From contig DAIDHL010000004.1 of NCBI GenBank assembly GCA_027459745.1, positions 15,240 to 79,239 of the forward strand: 64,000 nucleotides of DNA, read 5' to 3'. The DNA comes from Candidatus Levyibacteriota bacterium (GTDB lineage: Bacteria > Patescibacteriota > Microgenomatia > Levybacterales > UBA12049). Made by a program: the position numbers and the translations under genes. Below the pieces are notes generated by a model. It was given only the letters and a program-made list of their open reading frames with translations. It was not told the origin of the DNA and made no database searches. Positions 60,966 to 64,000 of this stretch are shown here, one piece after another; the stretch's first letter is position 1; every line of letters starts with the position of its first letter.

Positions 60966-61132
60966 AATTTTAATCTTTTGTTAGTATAACACAGTACTTG
61001 TGTAAAGAAGAATAGTTATTATTATTCTATACATCCAACTATGCGGTCTGTAGAAGATAGTATTACGTATTAGGTATGATGTATTAGGCAACTTCTGCAT
61101 AATACGAAATACTCAATACATAATACTGACTT

Positions 61133-61402
61133 TTAGTTCTTCAGACCTATTTTCTTTAATATTTCGCCTGATCTTGCTTTATCAACTTTTTCTAAAAAGT
61201 TAATCAATCTGCGTCTTTTTGCGATCATGGATAACAAGCCTCTGCGACTATGTACATCATGAGCGTGAATTTTTAAATGTTCAGCCAAACGATCGATACG
61301 GTGACTGAGAAGAGCAATTTGTACTTCAGGACTGCCAGTATCACTGTCGCCAGTCTTGAATTGTTTGATGATTTCTTGTTTTTGTGTAGTATTCAACGGC
61401 AT
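61133..61402 (-). CDS. rpsO: 30S ribosomal protein S15
   Basis: MPLNTTQKQEIIKQFKTGDSDTGSPEVQIALLSHRIDRLAEHLKIHAHDVHSRRGLL. The track ORF extends 13 codons further 5'. Confidence 0.9.
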   Translation of the reverse strand: MPLNTTQKQEIIKQFKTGDSDTGSPEVQIALLSHRIDRLAEHLKIHAHDVHSRRGLLSMIAKRRRLINFLEKVDKARSGEILKKIGLKN

Positions 61403-61585
61403 AGTAAAACGTATTATACCAGTTTTTTTATTTCCTGGCAACCAACCAGTAAAGCTACCTTTGTTTATCCTTCTAACAGAAAACCCATCCCTGTGCCTGG
61501 AAGGGGCAAATATGCTATACTAGTTCTTACCACATCTCGTCAGTGTAACCTCATTACATGAGTTGTAGTTTTCAACCAAATAGCT

Positions 61586-63061
61586 ATGATTATCGCCAAA
61601 AACATCTCTTATTCCTATTCTCGACTCAATGTCTATGAAGAATCCAGCTTTTCGGTAGTCAAAGGTAACACTGTAGCTTTGGTGGGTCCCAACGGCGCGG
61701 GCAAATCTACACTTTTTAAACTCTTGATGGGTGAAGATACTGTTTCTGATGGTACATTAGAAGTTGTAGGCAAAATTGGCTATGTCCCCCAGGAAATCAA
61801 ACATGATCCTATTCTTGAACAAGCACCAGATATCCGATCTTATATCGATCCTGAGCTAAAAAAGGAAGAATATGAATTGCTGATAATGATGCATTCACTC
61901 GAGGTTAACGCAGAATTAGATACTGCACCTAGAATCCTGAGTGGCGGCCAGAGAACCAAACTTGCCCTGCTGCGGGCAATTATCGCTGAACCCGACGTTT
62001 TACTCCTCGATGAACCCACCAACTTTCTCGATACCGAGGGCAAACGCTGGATCATGGAGTTCTTGAGTGAATATCCCAATACTCTGATCGTCATCTCACA
62101 TGATATCAACCTACTGGATAACCATATAGATAAGGTACTGGCCATTAATCCTACTAATAAAAAGATAGAAGAATACAAAGGTAATTATTCTAAATATCTG
62201 CAGGTCAAAGAAAGTAATGAAAAAATGTTGGTCAAACAATATGAAAATGATCAACACGAAATTACGCGTATGAAAAAAAGTCTACTAAAAATGGCTCGTA
62301 TGAGTTCAGAGAAAGGAGCTCGGGCACGCGCCAATGTGCAAACACGTATAGATCGTCTCAAAGATGCTTTGCCAGAACTTCCAAGGGAATTGGCACATAT
62401 CAAATTTGTGTTACCTGATCCGCTACCAACTGGTGAAATACCGCTTAGTGCGCAAAATATTAGCAAAAGTTACAACGATGAGCTAGTTTTGACTGATGTT
62501 TCACTCTCTATTCGCCGCGGTGAAAGAATTGCTTTGTATGGACCCAATGGCGCGGGCAAAAGTACATTTATCAAGATTTTAATGGGAAGAATTCAGCCCG
62601 ATAGTGGTGAAGTGGAAAAAGATCCTAACCTGCATATTGGCTATTATTCTCAGGAGTTTGAAACTTTTGATTTTGACAAAACTATTCTGGAAACCGTAGA
62701 AACTGTGTGTAGTTTACCGTTGGATAAAATACGTCCTGTGTTGGCTAAATTTAACTTTCTTCGTCACCGCATTTTCCAGACCGTAGGCTCACTGTCAGGT
62801 GGAGAAAAAACCCGCCTCTCGATTGCTCTATTAATGCTGCAAAACTATAACTTACTCATCCTGGATGAACCAACTACCTATTTGGATGTCACCTCACAAA
62901 AAATCATTTTGGAGGCTTTGAAAAGTTATAAAGGTGCTATGCTGTTTGTCAGTCACACCGAGGAATTTGTGGAAGGCTTAACTCCTAATCGTATTATGTT
63001 ATTGCCGGAAAATAAAATTAAATATTGGATTCCTAAAGACTTAAGTAATTACGACGCCTAA
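61586..63061 (+). CDS. ABC-F family ATPase (tandem ABC domains, no TMD)
   Basis: Two Walker A motifs (GPNGAGKSTLFKLLMGE, GPNGAGKSTFIKILMGR) and two signatures (LSGGQRTKLAL, LSGGEKTRLSIAL). Confidence 0.9.
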   Translation: MIIAKNISYSYSRLNVYEESSFSVVKGNTVALVGPNGAGKSTLFKLLMGEDTVSDGTLEVVGKIGYVPQEIKHDPILEQAPDIRSYIDPELKKEEYELLIMMHSLEVNAELDTAPRILSGGQRTKLALLRAIIAEPDVLLLDEPTNFLDTEGKRWIMEFLSEYPNTLIVISHDINLLDNHIDKVLAINPTNKKIEEYKGNYSKYLQVKESNEKMLVKQYENDQHEITRMKKSLLKMARMSSEKGARARANVQTRIDRLKDALPELPRELAHIKFVLPDPLPTGEIPLSAQNISKSYNDELVLTDVSLSIRRGERIALYGPNGAGKSTFIKILMGRIQPDSGEVEKDPNLHIGYYSQEFETFDFDKTILETVETVCSLPLDKIRPVLAKFNFLRHRIFQTVGSLSGGEKTRLSIALLMLQNYNLLILDEPTTYLDVTSQKIILEALKSYKGAMLFVSHTEEFVEGLTPNRIMLLPENKIKYWIPKDLSNYDA

Positions 63062-63064
63062 TTC

Positions 63065-64000
63065 ATGACCCAACGAGACGCATTTAATTTACTCAAAATG
63101 GGACACAACGTCTACCTGACGGGAGCTGCGGGTAGTGGAAAAACTTATCTGCTTAATCAATATATCGCTTATCTCAAACAGCACAAAATCCCCGTGGGAA
63201 TTACGGCTTCCACTGGCATTGCCGCCACGCATATGAACGGCAAAACTATTCATTCTTGGTCGGGTATTGGCATCAAAGATACGCTCAATGAAAACGATAT
63301 TCGCGATTTATTGCGAAAGTCATATTTGAAAACTATTACTAAAACCAAAGTTTTAATCATCGACGAAATTTCCATGCTGCATGCCCATCGCCTCGATTTG
63401 ATTGACCAAATCTGCCGCGCTTTTAAATCTCAACCTTTTTTGCCGTTTGGCGGTATTCAGGTTATTTTATGTGGCGACTTTTTTCAGTTACCACCAGTGA
63501 GTAAAAAAGGCGAGGATAATAGTTTTGTACATACTTCACAGGCCTGGAATACCATGGAGTTAAGAGTTTGTTATTTGGATGAACAACACCGCCAGGGTGA
63601 TAAAGTTTTTCTGCAGATGCTAAAACAAATTCGTGATAATCATGTAACTCGTGACACGCGTGAGATATTGGAAAGTAGACTCAATCAGGAAGTCGAAATG
63701 GACCTCCCACCGACTAAACTGTTTACGCATAATATAGATGTCGATAGTATTAATAATCGCCAACTGGATAAAATAAATACCAAACCCAGCAGCTACCCCA
63801 TGTCCTCGACAGGTAATCCCAATCTGCTGGAATTATTAAAGAAAAGCTGCCTAGCCCCGGAAAAATTACAATTAAAAAAAGACGCCGTCGTGATGTTTGT
63901 CAAAAATAATTTCGCTAAAGGCTATGTTAATGGAACTTTGGGTAAAATTATTGGTTTTGATAACGATAATTTCCCAATTGTCGAAACGGCTGATAAAAGA
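63065..64000 (+). CDS. PIF1/RecD-like helicase, 5' part (truncated by the window end)
   Basis: Walker A GAAGSGKTY, ...TASTGIAA..., ...IIDEISML..., ...LCGDFFQLPPV. Confidence 0.8.
   Translation, partial: MTQRDAFNLLKMGHNVYLTGAAGSGKTYLLNQYIAYLKQHKIPVGITASTGIAATHMNGKTIHSWSGIGIKDTLNENDIRDLLRKSYLKTITKTKVLIIDEISMLHAHRLDLIDQICRAFKSQPFLPFGGIQVILCGDFFQLPPVSKKGEDNSFVHTSQAWNTMELRVCYLDEQHRQGDKVFLQMLKQIRDNHVTRDTREILESRLNQEVEMDLPPTKLFTHNIDVDSINNRQLDKINTKPSSYPMSSTGNPNLLELLKKSCLAPEKLQLKKDAVVMFVKNNFAKGYVNGTLGKIIGFDNDNFPIVETADKR

Overview
The window is a 64 kb chromosomal segment from a low-GC bacterium with very high coding density. It looks monoderm or CPR-like, judging by sortase, LCP and MurJ genes, an AlaRS without the C-Ala domain, and many short-leader genes. 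I found no rRNA or tRNA genes and no CRISPR array. Most genes are recognisable housekeeping genes: rpoB-rpoC-rpsL-rpsG, groES-groEL, secA, serS, lepA, alaS, ftsK, pnp-rpsO, rnj, nth, a pyrF-pyrE-pyrD-pyrC operon, murJ, mltG, an LCP protein, a sortase, cyclophilin and an ABC-F ATPase. The leading candidate for the undescribed system is an unusual three-gene module on the minus strand (1507-6513). A free-standing MgtE-type cytoplasmic sensor (PRC barrel, MgtE_N, two CBS domains) overlaps translationally with an Nramp-family permease whose canonical metal-site motifs are altered (DAGG in place of DPGN, TTITPW in place of ATVMPH). Both sit upstream of a MgtA-like P-type ATPase, which suggests a composite Mg2+ transport and sensing system. 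Other candidates are a three-gene island (GNAT plus two unknown coupled genes, 51810-54512) that looks more AT-rich than its surroundings, a Lon-derived AAA+ protein with no protease domain, an 808-aa membrane protein whose gene overlaps a sortase, a small dispersed motif family (AATTGTCATYCC plus hairpin) placed just 3' of stop codons, a (TTACTAC)x10 microsatellite, an attenuator-like rpoB leader, and recurrent TGCTAYAAT promoters that imply leaderless or near-leaderless mRNAs. All calls were made by eye from the sequence and the ORF track. No database searches were run.
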